Translations under genes and position numbers: made by a program
The notes under the pieces: generated by a model
Seen by the model: only the letters and a program-made list of their open reading frames with translations
Told to the model about the DNA's origin: nothing
Databases searched by the model: none
Part shown: in pieces, positions 50,654 through 58,727 of the stretch
How the letters are laid out: the number at the start of each line of letters is the position of its first letter
Numbering within the stretch: position 1 is the stretch's first letter
Assembly: GCA_045541395.1 (NCBI GenBank)
Contig: JAZQIZ010000009.1
Location: 20,302-84,301, forward strand
Reading direction: 5' to 3'
Source: Eubacteriales bacterium
GTDB taxonomy: Bacteria > Bacillota > Clostridia > Oscillospirales > UMGS1783
DNA: 64,000 nucleotides

Positions 50654-51514
50654 ATGAAAAAGTTAGGAATACTTCCAAACCCGGAAAAGGATCCGCGCCT
50701 TAAAAGCAGTAAAAAAATATGTTCAACCTTAAAAAAGCTCGGCGCTGATGTTTATACTCTTCCTGAGTATGGCGATTTGGCCAAGGACATTAATATAGTC
50801 GATAAGGAAACTCTTTATAAGGAGGTCGAATGTATTATTGCCATTGGCGGTGACGGTACAATGCTTCGGGTGTCTCATGACGCCGCTAAAGCAAAAAAGC
50901 CAATTCTGGGTATTAACTTCGGTAAGGTGGGCTATATGGCCGAGCTGGAGTTTTCGGAAATAGAAATGCTAGCTGCTCTTATTGAGGATAATTATACCTA
51001 TGATAAGCGTAGTATGCTTGACGTAATTGTAATGCGAAACAGTAAAGAGCTTTACCGTTCTATCGCCCTTAATGATGCAGTCGTTACAAAGGGTATCGTA
51101 TCCAGGCTTGTGGATATTGAAATTTACACTGAAAAAGGCTTTATAACCTCTTATAAGGCCGACGGTATTATTGCATCAACTCCTACCGGTTCAACAGGCT
51201 ATTCTTTAGCCGCCGGCGGCCCTATAATCGAGCCTTCAAGCCGATCTATAATAGTATCTCCCATAGCACCTCATTCTTTGGTTAACCGTTCCATAGTATT
51301 TGACGATGAAGCCAAAATAACCATTATTGCAAAAAATATTGCCAGCAAGGACGCGTATCTTGATGTTGACGGCTTTGAAAACGTGCGTCTTCAGGAAGGT
51401 GATGAGGTTGTTGTTACCCGCTCCAGAAAGTATATCAACCTTATAAAGATCAAAAATCTTAATTTCTATGAAATACTTAACAGCAAACTTGGTAACGGAG
51501 GAACACGCAAATGA
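50654..51514 (+). CDS. nadK: NAD kinase
   Basis: GGDGTML, GIN.G..G, ALND and TPTGSTGYSLAAGGP motifs. Confidence 0.95.
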   Translation: MKKLGILPNPEKDPRLKSSKKICSTLKKLGADVYTLPEYGDLAKDINIVDKETLYKEVECIIAIGGDGTMLRVSHDAAKAKKPILGINFGKVGYMAELEFSEIEMLAALIEDNYTYDKRSMLDVIVMRNSKELYRSIALNDAVVTKGIVSRLVDIEIYTEKGFITSYKADGIIASTPTGSTGYSLAAGGPIIEPSSRSIIVSPIAPHSLVNRSIVFDDEAKITIIAKNIASKDAYLDVDGFENVRLQEGDEVVVTRSRKYINLIKIKNLNFYEILNSKLGNGGTRK

Positions 51515-51966
51515 AATATCAAAGACATCTGAAGATATTGGAGCTGGTGCAGTCTGAAGTGATAGAAACCCAAGAACAGCTTCTGGACAGACTCAGACAA
51601 GCAGGTTTTGATATTACACAGGCAACAGTATCCCGCGATATAAAAGAGCTTCGTCTTTTTAAAAAGGTAGACCGAAACGGTAATACCCGATATGATATAG
51701 AAGGCAATACAACTGAGCACGATAAGGGCAGTGAGCGTTACCAGAGCATTCTGCGCCATAATATTCGTAACATTGATTATGCCGGTAATCTTGTTGTTAT
51801 TAAGTGCTTTTCCGGTATGGCGCAGGCAGTTTGTGCAGCTATAGATTCAATGCATTTTGATAATACCGTAGGCACTATAGCCGGTGACGATACGATTTTT
51901 ATGGCAGTTCGTACCGAAGAAGCAGTAAAAACAATAATTTCCGACTTAAATAAAATTCTTCAGTAA
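51511..51966 (+). CDS. argR: Arginine repressor
   Basis: TQATVSRDIKEL and GTIAGDDTIF motifs. Confidence 0.95.
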   Translation: MKYQRHLKILELVQSEVIETQEQLLDRLRQAGFDITQATVSRDIKELRLFKKVDRNGNTRYDIEGNTTEHDKGSERYQSILRHNIRNIDYAGNLVVIKCFSGMAQAVCAAIDSMHFDNTVGTIAGDDTIFMAVRTEEAVKTIISDLNKILQ

Positions 51967-51981
51967 AAAGGGTGAAACGCT

Positions 51982-53652
51982 GTGCTGGAACGTTTGTATA
52001 TTGAAAATGTTGCAGTAATTGAAAAATCTGAAATTGAATTTACCGATGGGTTGAATATTCTCACCGGTCAGACAGGTGCGGGTAAATCCATTATTATAGA
52101 TTCACTTTCTCTGCTTTTGGGGCAGCGCGCATCTAAGGAGCTTATACGAACAGGCAGTAATAAGGCTTACGTAAGTGCGGTTTTTTCTGAAGTAGGCCCT
52201 CGAGTAGAAGCCAAGCTCAATGAATGTGATATACCTATGCAGGATGATAACACTCTCTTTATAGAAAGACAGTTGTTGGCTGACGGGAAAAGCAGCTCTA
52301 AGATCAACGGTCGCCCCGTTTCTTTGATGACCTTAAAGGAAATAGCAGAGCCTCTTGTAAATATTCACGGTCAGCATATGAATCAGCGTATTTTAGATCC
52401 GGCTCTTCATATAGAATTTTTAGATTCCTTTGCAGAAAATGAAACTGAAAGAAACACGTATTACGAGCTTTATAAAAAAACAATGGAGGCTCGAAGGGAG
52501 CTTATTCGCCTTCAGAATGCCGCAAAGGACGCTCAGGATAAGTCCGATGTAAACGATTATCGCATCAATGAGCTTACAAATGCTAAGCTTAGTTTAGGTG
52601 AAGAAGAAGCCCTTACGGAAAAGCGCAATATAATGGTCAATTCCGAAAAGTTAAGCGTAGCCGTAGAAGAATCGGTATCGTTGCTTTGTGAAACCCAGGG
52701 TAATGCATTGGAGAATATATCTCAGGTCGCAGGAGTTCTGTTAAAAGCAGGGCAGTTTTCTTCCAGGCTCTCAGATCTTTCCGCAAAGTTAAATAATCTT
52801 TTACCTGAGCTTGAGGATATATGCATAGCCTTAAAGGATATGCGTTCGGAGATAGACTTTGAGCCCAGAGAATTAGATAATATAGAATCCAGATTAAGTC
52901 AGCTTTCATTAATAAAGAAAAAATACGGCGGTACTATTGAATCTGCAATAGAACTGCTTGAAAAATACGTTTCGGAAAAAGAACTTTTTGAAAACTCTGA
53001 TGAGAAAATAGCAAAACAAACAGAGGTGTTCAATAGCCTGGCTCAGGAGCTTGTGGGAGTTAGCGCAAAACTTACAGAATCCCGTAAAAAAGCGGCAGAG
53101 CGTCTTTGTAAGGTTGTAATGGAAAAGCTCAGCTTTCTTGATATGGAGAAATGTCTGTTTGAGGTAAAGATTTCTCCCCTTGAGAAATTTGCTCCTTCGG
53201 GCAGGGATAATGTTGAATTTTATATCAGCGCTAATATCGGTGAGGAAACTAAGCCTCTTGCTAAAATTGCTTCCGGCGGTGAGCTTTCACGTATTATGCT
53301 GGCAATTATAAATGCCCTCAGTGAAAAGAATATGCCGGATACGCTTATTTTTGATGAAGTTGATACCGGCGTAAGCGGGAAAACCGCTCAAAAAATCGGT
53401 GTGCTTATTAAAAGTGTTTCAAGAAACACTCAGGTTCTCTGCGTTACCCATCTTGCACAGATTGCAGCAATGGCTCACAGGCATCTGTTTATTAGCAAGA
53501 GTACCGATGGAGTTAAAACCTATACTAAGGTTACTCCTCTTTCAGAAAATGAAAGAAGAGAAGAGCTTGCCCGTATTATTGGCGGTGCAAATATATCGCA
53601 GGCTGCCCTTAATATGGCTGAAGATCTTATTTTACAGAGTGATCAATATTAA
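51982..53652 (+). CDS. recN: DNA repair protein RecN
   Basis: TGQTGAGKS, IHGQH, ASGGELSR, FDEVDTG and THL motifs. Confidence 0.95.
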   Translation: MLERLYIENVAVIEKSEIEFTDGLNILTGQTGAGKSIIIDSLSLLLGQRASKELIRTGSNKAYVSAVFSEVGPRVEAKLNECDIPMQDDNTLFIERQLLADGKSSSKINGRPVSLMTLKEIAEPLVNIHGQHMNQRILDPALHIEFLDSFAENETERNTYYELYKKTMEARRELIRLQNAAKDAQDKSDVNDYRINELTNAKLSLGEEEALTEKRNIMVNSEKLSVAVEESVSLLCETQGNALENISQVAGVLLKAGQFSSRLSDLSAKLNNLLPELEDICIALKDMRSEIDFEPRELDNIESRLSQLSLIKKKYGGTIESAIELLEKYVSEKELFENSDEKIAKQTEVFNSLAQELVGVSAKLTESRKKAAERLCKVVMEKLSFLDMEKCLFEVKISPLEKFAPSGRDNVEFYISANIGEETKPLAKIASGGELSRIMLAIINALSEKNMPDTLIFDEVDTGVSGKTAQKIGVLIKSVSRNTQVLCVTHLAQIAAMAHRHLFISKSTDGVKTYTKVTPLSENERREELARIIGGANISQAALNMAEDLILQSDQY

Positions 53653-53685
53653 AAAAGAAGATAGACGTTTGGTCTATCTTCTTTT
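53651..53685. terminator. Bidirectional terminator
   Basis: aaaagaagatagac-gtttg-gtctatcttctttt. Confidence 0.8.
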
Positions 53686-53688
53686 ATT

Positions 53689-54102
53689 TTACTTTTCTTT
53701 AATGGTATCAAGTATTTCCTGTAAAAGCTCTGCTTCCTTAGAAGGCTTGGGAGGTTCGGGCTTGGGCTCCTCCTTCTTTTTACGGAACTTGTTCATAATC
53801 TTAACTACTGTGAAAATCACAACTGCAATTACAAGGAAATTTACTATCGCCTGAATGAAATTACCGTAGTTAATAGCGGCCTCCGCTGTAGTTTCGGTTG
53901 CTTCTCTTATAACAAGACGAAGGGTGGTAAAATTAACACCGCCGAATATCCAGCCAATAAAGGGCAGTACGATATCGTTTACAATAGAATTAACAATAGC
54001 CGTAAAAGAACTACCCATTACAACGCCGACAGCAAGGTCAATAACGTTACCTCTGGAAATAAACTCTTTAAATTCTGCAATAATGCCTTTCTTTTTCTCC
54101 AT
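53689..54102 (-). CDS. mscL: Large-conductance mechanosensitive channel
   Basis: EFKEFISRGNVIDLAVGVV, INYGNFI and LLQEILD; AAGGAG RBS before ATG 54102. Confidence 0.95.
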   Translation of the reverse strand: MEKKKGIIAEFKEFISRGNVIDLAVGVVMGSSFTAIVNSIVNDIVLPFIGWIFGGVNFTTLRLVIREATETTAEAAINYGNFIQAIVNFLVIAVVIFTVVKIMNKFRKKKEEPKPEPPKPSKEAELLQEILDTIKEK

Positions 54103-54118
54103 TTTCAAAGCTCCTTTA

Positions 54119-54805
54119 TTATAAATAAAATTCTTCAAGATCATCAAGTCTGAGAAGTGAAGGTTTAAGCCCTGTATCAATGTCTATCCAGGTCCCTGTT
54201 TTAAGTATTTTCCCGCTATATTCCTCTCCGTAATATTCGGTAGGTGTGTGGCCAAAAACCGTAGTAATGTCGTCAAAATACCGTGTAGTTATTTCAGGTC
54301 TGTTCCAAATAAGCTCATCTGCCGAATAATCGGATATCTTTCTGTCAGGGCTGAAATTCTCAAGCCCACTGTGAACCAATAAGAAATCTCTGTGGTTTAC
54401 AGTAATACATTCGTAAAGGGGCGCCTCTTTTAAATACTCTAAGATATCCTGAGTATTTTCCTTGTCTGTTTGCCTTAAGGCCTTTAAGGTAACGTCGCCG
54501 CCATTATTCATCCAACCTGATAGTAGCCTTAATTTATCGTAGGAAAGAGACCATATAAATTCCTCGCTGACTTCATTGAAAATGAAGTTGCAAACCATCA
54601 TCATTGCCTCATGGTTGCCAAGTATAAGCTGCATGTTTGCCTGTTTTAGTATATAAAGCAAAAGTTCAATACCGTGCTCTCTACGGTCTATAACGTCACC
54701 GAGAATATATAAAAAATCATTATCATTGAAATTAGCCCTGCTCAGTAGTTTTTTGAACTCATAAAGAGATATTCCGTGCAGGTCAGAAGTAACGTATGTC
54801 ATCAA
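54119..54805 (-). CDS. Calcineurin-like metallophosphoesterase (PrpA/lambda-type Ser/Thr phosphatase)
   Basis: SDLHG, LGDVIDR, GNHE, VHSG, FGHTP and IDTG motifs. Confidence 0.85.
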   Translation of the reverse strand: MMTYVTSDLHGISLYEFKKLLSRANFNDNDFLYILGDVIDRREHGIELLLYILKQANMQLILGNHEAMMMVCNFIFNEVSEEFIWSLSYDKLRLLSGWMNNGGDVTLKALRQTDKENTQDILEYLKEAPLYECITVNHRDFLLVHSGLENFSPDRKISDYSADELIWNRPEITTRYFDDITTVFGHTPTEYYGEEYSGKILKTGTWIDIDTGLKPSLLRLDDLEEFYL

Positions 54806-54854
54806 TTGATCACCAATGTTTATTATACAAAATTCTTTTGCTTTTTACAAGTGG

Positions 54855-56411
54855 TTAATCTTCTTTATAACATTCAAATATTTCGTCAACACGTTGCTGC
54901 TCTTTTTCTTTGTTTTTGGTTAACGCACTTATAGCCGGAACAACTATCATCGAAACCGCCATTGCACATACGCCCATTTCAGGTGACTTAGATGCCGCAG
55001 TGGCAAAGTCTGAAGTAAGGGTTATAGCAAGTGTTGAAATACCAATAGTAAGCAAACCTGCTATCATGCCTGAAATTGCACCTATTTTTGTGGTCTTTTT
55101 CGAAATAATGCCCCAAATGTACGGGCCAATAAAGCAACCGGAAACAACACCCCAGGAAAAGGACATAAGACTTACTATAATAGGTATGTTCTGTGTTGCA
55201 AATATAAATGAACAGGCAATAAAAGCCAAACAAAGCAGTCTTGTTATCATAACCTGAGAATCGGGCTTTATGGGCTTTTTCCTTAAGGAAGGAATAAGGT
55301 CAATAGAAACTGCCGATGCAGAGGTAAGAACAACCGCCTCTAATGTAGACATAGAAGCCGCAAGAAGCAGTATCATCATGATTGCAAATAAAATCATTCC
55401 AAACGTCTGATTGCCCAATACCTTAATAAGTAAAGCCGGAATAACCGAGTCAATTCCGCCTTCGGGAAGCTGCCCGCCAAGTATAAGCCTGGATGTGCTG
55501 CCAATAAGGTATGCACCGCAACCTATGATCGCGCAGAAAATAGTTGAAATAACAGTGCCGCGCTTTATTGCTGCGGTATCTTTAATGGCGTAGAATTTGC
55601 CTAACATCTGAGGCAGCCCCCAGGTGCCAAAGCTTGTAAGCATAATATTGAAGCAAAGGAACTTAAAGGAGGAACCACCGAAAATGCTGGTTAACTGTTT
55701 TCCTGTAGTAGGCATAGGATCGTTGGGAAGTGGTTCAAAGTTTCTAAGGTTCTCTATAAGTCCTCCAATACCGCCAACACTTTCGTGGTTAAGCACAGTT
55801 ACAATAAGGCAAATAACGCCTACTATCATAATAATGCCCTGTACAAGATCTGCGTAAGCAGAAGCAACGTAGCCGCCTATTACAAGGTATATGGCAGTTA
55901 AACAAGCAATAATAAGCATCCATACCCAGGTCTCAACACTGGGAAATACAGAGCTGAATAATGCGCCGAGTCCCTTATATACTGCGGCAGAGTAGGGAAC
56001 AAGGAATACGAAAATAATAATTGCCGCGCCTATTTTCATTGCCTTGGAATTGTATCTCTTTTCAAAAAATTCGGGCATAGTCTTAGTGTTAAGTTTTTTT
56101 GTTATCTTTCTTGTACGGTTTGCAAATAACAGCCAGGATAGTAAGCAGCCAAGCACTGCATTGCCAATGCCGATCCATATTGCGCCAATGCCTATATTCC
56201 ATCCGTGCTGACCTGCATATCCAACAAAAACAACCGCTGAAAAATAGGTGGTTCCGTATGCAAATGCTGTCATCCAGGCACCAATGTTCCGTCCGCCAAT
56301 AAGAAACCCGTCTAAGGTTTTGGATCTTCCGTAGCTGATACAGCCAAGAAACGCCATTACAACGGCGTATGCACATAGTGCAATAATTGTGTAAAGTTGT
56401 ACGTTGTTCAT
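54855..56411 (-). CDS. Sodium:solute symporter (PutP/SSS family)
   Basis: F.IGGR, WIGIGN, GG..A....D.VQG, GLPQ and AASMST motifs; about 13 TM helices. Confidence 0.9.
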   Translation of the reverse strand: MNNVQLYTIIALCAYAVVMAFLGCISYGRSKTLDGFLIGGRNIGAWMTAFAYGTTYFSAVVFVGYAGQHGWNIGIGAIWIGIGNAVLGCLLSWLLFANRTRKITKKLNTKTMPEFFEKRYNSKAMKIGAAIIIFVFLVPYSAAVYKGLGALFSSVFPSVETWVWMLIIACLTAIYLVIGGYVASAYADLVQGIIMIVGVICLIVTVLNHESVGGIGGLIENLRNFEPLPNDPMPTTGKQLTSIFGGSSFKFLCFNIMLTSFGTWGLPQMLGKFYAIKDTAAIKRGTVISTIFCAIIGCGAYLIGSTSRLILGGQLPEGGIDSVIPALLIKVLGNQTFGMILFAIMMILLLAASMSTLEAVVLTSASAVSIDLIPSLRKKPIKPDSQVMITRLLCLAFIACSFIFATQNIPIIVSLMSFSWGVVSGCFIGPYIWGIISKKTTKIGAISGMIAGLLTIGISTLAITLTSDFATAASKSPEMGVCAMAVSMIVVPAISALTKNKEKEQQRVDEIFECYKED

Positions 56412-56449
56412 TTCTTTTACCTCCTGAAATGCTGTGGAAAACAGAGTTT

Positions 56450-56728
56450 AAAATAAAAAAACTCTGTATTCCTATAATGAATACAGAGGACGATCTTAGC
56501 CGTGGTACCACCTCAGTTTACCGCGCCTTCACAGGTGCGGCCTTTTCAAGTGTCTAACAACACTCTTGTTCTGTTACGGGAACTCCCGTTGCAGCCTACT
56601 TAATTATTTGTTCGGTGCACTGCTAACAGGATGTATTCAGAATTAAACTCCCCATTGCCTTTCACCAGCCGGCAACTCTCTGAAGGCTCGTTTAAAACCT
56701 ACTTGTTCCTGCTCAAACGCATTTCATG
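56450..56728 (-). promoter_or_regulatory. T-box riboswitch leader, probable Tyr (UAC) specifier
   Basis: On the minus strand: AGTA, AGAGA and GGTGAA stem I motifs, GAA-TAC-A specifier (56633-56635), T-box AGGTGGTACCACGG (56500-56513) and terminator 56455-56488. Confidence 0.9.
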
Positions 56729-56734
56729 TTCAAT

Positions 56735-56763
56735 ATATTAGCACTTTAACGCAGCAAAGTCAA
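56735..56763 (-). promoter_or_regulatory. SigA promoter of T-box leader
   Basis: Minus-strand TTGACT-17 nt-TAATAT. Confidence 0.65.
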
Positions 56764-56771
56764 TATTATTT

Positions 56772-57083
56772 TTAAAATTTTTTGCCGAATTTATCAAGGT
56801 CGACTCTATAGTCAATTACCTCAATTCCTTCATTTTCAAGCCGTCTCTTTTGCTCTTCTATACCACCGAAGGCATAATTTCGGCTTAAATTACCGTTTCG
56901 GTCAACCACCTTATAGCAGGGGAATTTATCACCGTCAGGGTTAAGGTGTAAAGTATTTCCTACAGCACGGGAATAATTCTTATTCCCCAAAAACCTTGCC
57001 AGTTCCCCGTATGTCACAACTTTTCCGTAAGGTATCTCAGTTAAAAGCCTGTATAATTCTTCTTTAAAAAAACCGTTTCCCAT
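56772..57083 (-). CDS. MGMT/Ogt family DNA alkyltransferase, single domain
   Basis: IPYGKVVTYGELA, RAVG, PCYKVV and LENEG motifs. Confidence 0.85.
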   Translation of the reverse strand: MGNGFFKEELYRLLTEIPYGKVVTYGELARFLGNKNYSRAVGNTLHLNPDGDKFPCYKVVDRNGNLSRNYAFGGIEEQKRRLENEGIEVIDYRVDLDKFGKKF

Positions 57084-57202
57084 TTTTTAACCCTTCTTTC
57101 AAAAGAAAAGATATTGTATTGTGACAAGGTCTTTCTTGCGAAAGACTGACCAAACGGAGCAGAATCGAGGTAAGAGTAAGCAAAAGTAGCGTACATAGCA
57201 GA

Positions 57203-57751
57203 TTATCTCTTAACAATTGGAATCGTGAACGAAGACCCTAGTTTATCTTCAAAAAACAGCAAAGATAAATCTTCACTTGCGCCATACAAATACAAATCAG
57301 AATACATTGATTGCCATTTTTCTCGTTGTAACTCCGTCGTTTGCATAAGAAGATTATATGCTTTGTCACATCGGCTTATCCACAAATCATGATACAGGGA
57401 ATTTGATATAATCCTATTCTTCAAGTCAGACACAGAATGTATTTTGAAACGCTCACACCATACTATATCATTTTTATATAGCATTTGACCGGTTGCAGAA
57501 GTAACGATGTCGTCTAAATCGTATACAATAGGTACCATATTAACCCCCATCGTATATGCAAGAAATGCTCTGCTGTGACCATCAGTTAATGTCAGGCTAT
57601 CGTTCCCGAAATCGTGGACGGGTAAAGGATCAAAATTACTTAAATCGGAAGGGTTAAACCAACTTCTAATATTAGTTAACTTATCTTCGTTTAAAAAGAT
57701 TTGGCTCACACCTAAATCAGCAACAGGAAAATATTGTATCCCGTTAAACAT
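57203..57751 (-). CDS. Hypothetical protein with ParB/sulfiredoxin-like N-terminal motif
   Basis: L..SQ.FL...K, PLPV and LTDGHSRAF motifs; ATG overlaps the upstream stop (TAATG at 57749-57753). Confidence 0.6.
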   Translation of the reverse strand: MFNGIQYFPVADLGVSQIFLNEDKLTNIRSWFNPSDLSNFDPLPVHDFGNDSLTLTDGHSRAFLAYTMGVNMVPIVYDLDDIVTSATGQMLYKNDIVWCERFKIHSVSDLKNRIISNSLYHDLWISRCDKAYNLLMQTTELQREKWQSMYSDLYLYGASEDLSLLFFEDKLGSSFTIPIVKR

Positions 57752-58095
57752 TATTTGTTCTCCTTTGCGGTGTTGATGGAGGCAATCAAAATGCGGCGGA
57801 TTGTACCGCATTGGTTGAAAAGGTCAACAGCGGTTTCTCTGTCCAAAATATCGGATTTTACAAACAGTTCCAACCAATATTCCGTTTCGTAGCATTCCTT
57901 CAAGGCAATCTGCAGTTTTGCAATGAAGTCAGGCTTTCCGTGAGCATAGTTTGCTTCGTGGATGTTTGCGCCAACGGAGGTTGCAGAGCGTTCCAACTGA
58001 TTAACGAGGGAATAATGGCCTTTGATATTTTCGCAAAGTTTGATAATTTTAACTGCAAAGTCTGTTGAAAGTTTCCGAAGTTTAGATTCTGCCAT
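57751..58095 (-). CDS. Four-helix-bundle protein (23S rRNA-IVP / Avd-like family)
   Basis: QLERSATSVGANIHEA and FIAKLQIALKECYETEYWLEL family signatures; AAGGTGG RBS. Confidence 0.9.
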   Translation of the reverse strand: MAESKLRKLSTDFAVKIIKLCENIKGHYSLVNQLERSATSVGANIHEANYAHGKPDFIAKLQIALKECYETEYWLELFVKSDILDRETAVDLFNQCGTIRRILIASINTAKENK

Positions 58096-58119
58096 ATAAG
58101 CACCACCTTGCTTATTGCA

Positions 58120-58147
58120 ATTATACCATATCGATTAGAATATTCAA
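58120..58147 (-). promoter_or_regulatory. SigA-type promoter for four-helix-bundle gene
   Basis: Minus-strand TTGAAT-16 nt-TATAAT with an extended TG; the -35 lies 2 bp from the last box of the hairpin element. Confidence 0.6.
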
Positions 58148-58149
58148 AG

Positions 58150-58319
58150 TGAAATATCCTTTGGATGTGAAATAATGACCTGCGGTCATTGTGAAATATT
58201 GCGTCTTTGCCGCAATGTGAAATGAAATTTGCCTACATTCGCGTCAGCGAATATTTCACATGTACGAAGTAAATATTTCACAGCGGAGCTGTTTCACTTG
58301 CCCGTCAGGGCAAATTTCG
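58150..58319 (-). repeat. tRNA-associated 4xTGAAAT/4xATTTCA multi-hairpin element, copy 2
   Basis: On +: TGAAAT at 58150, 58168, 58192 and 58218; ATTTCA at 58253 and 58275, GTTTCA at 58291, ATTTCG at 58314; hairpins between boxes. Confidence 0.85.
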
Positions 58320-58321
58320 TT

Positions 58322-58364
58322 GAAAAGAACCCACACTTGTCGTAGACAAATGTGGGTTCTTTTC
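58322..58364 (-). terminator. Terminator-like hairpin directly after tRNA CCA
   Basis: On the minus strand: gaaaagaacccacatttgtc-tac-gacaagtgtgggttcttttc. Confidence 0.8.
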
Positions 58365-58441
58365 TGGTCGGAGTGGCGGGATTTGAACCCGCGGCCTCTT
58401 GGTCCCGAACCAAGCACTCATACCAACTGAGCTACACCCCG
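58365..58441 (-). tRNA. tRNA-Pro(CGG)
   Basis: Minus strand CGGGGTG...CTTGG-TTCGGGA-CCAAG...GGTTCAAATCC...CACTCCGACCA; 77 nt. Confidence 0.95.
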
Positions 58442-58473
58442 TAATATTTGCGCCAAACACAGGCGCAAAATAT

Positions 58474-58502
58474 ATTATACTAATTTTACTGTTTACTGTC
58501 AA
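58474..58502 (-). promoter_or_regulatory. Consensus SigA promoter of tRNA-Pro
   Basis: Minus-strand TTGACA-17 nt-TATAAT. Confidence 0.8.
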
Positions 58503-58515
58503 GCAAATTGACGGT

Positions 58516-58725
58516 CTATTTTCGGAAAAGTCTATTAAGGCGATTGGAAAGAGCGGCCTTGCGCTGCTCAGTTGCATTGATATCTACAGCAATATGTTCA
58601 CCGTCAATTATCAGCACATCGCCTTCCTTTGCATCGGCAGGAAGCATATCTCTTGAAAGTGTAATGATACCGTTTTCGGTTTCAATAATTGCGGCCAGGC
58701 CTTCAAATCTGTCTAAAATATTCAT
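58516..58725 (-). CDS. DUF3006 family protein
   Basis: LDRFEG..A.IE and LP..AKEGDVL motifs; usual neighbour of the ComEC-like MBL gene. Confidence 0.85.
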   Translation of the reverse strand: MNILDRFEGLAAIIETENGIITLSRDMLPADAKEGDVLIIDGEHIAVDINATEQRKAALSNRLNRLFRK

Positions 58726-58727
58726 GA

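Noticed and set aside
57751..58095. Diversity-generating retroelement because of the Avd-like gene
   Set aside because: No reverse transcriptase and no TR/VR pair with adenine-specific mismatches were seen in the window.
57751..58095. 23S rRNA intervening sequence
   Set aside because: No rRNA sequence flanks the gene.
56772..58441. Integrase-type genomic island or prophage at tRNA-Pro
   Set aside because: No integrase and no direct repeat of the tRNA 3' end found by eye.
23689..58441. Anticodons of the two tRNAs (CCG and CGG) are mutually complementary
   Set aside because: Probably coincidence; both are minor isoacceptors that commonly occur as isolated genes.
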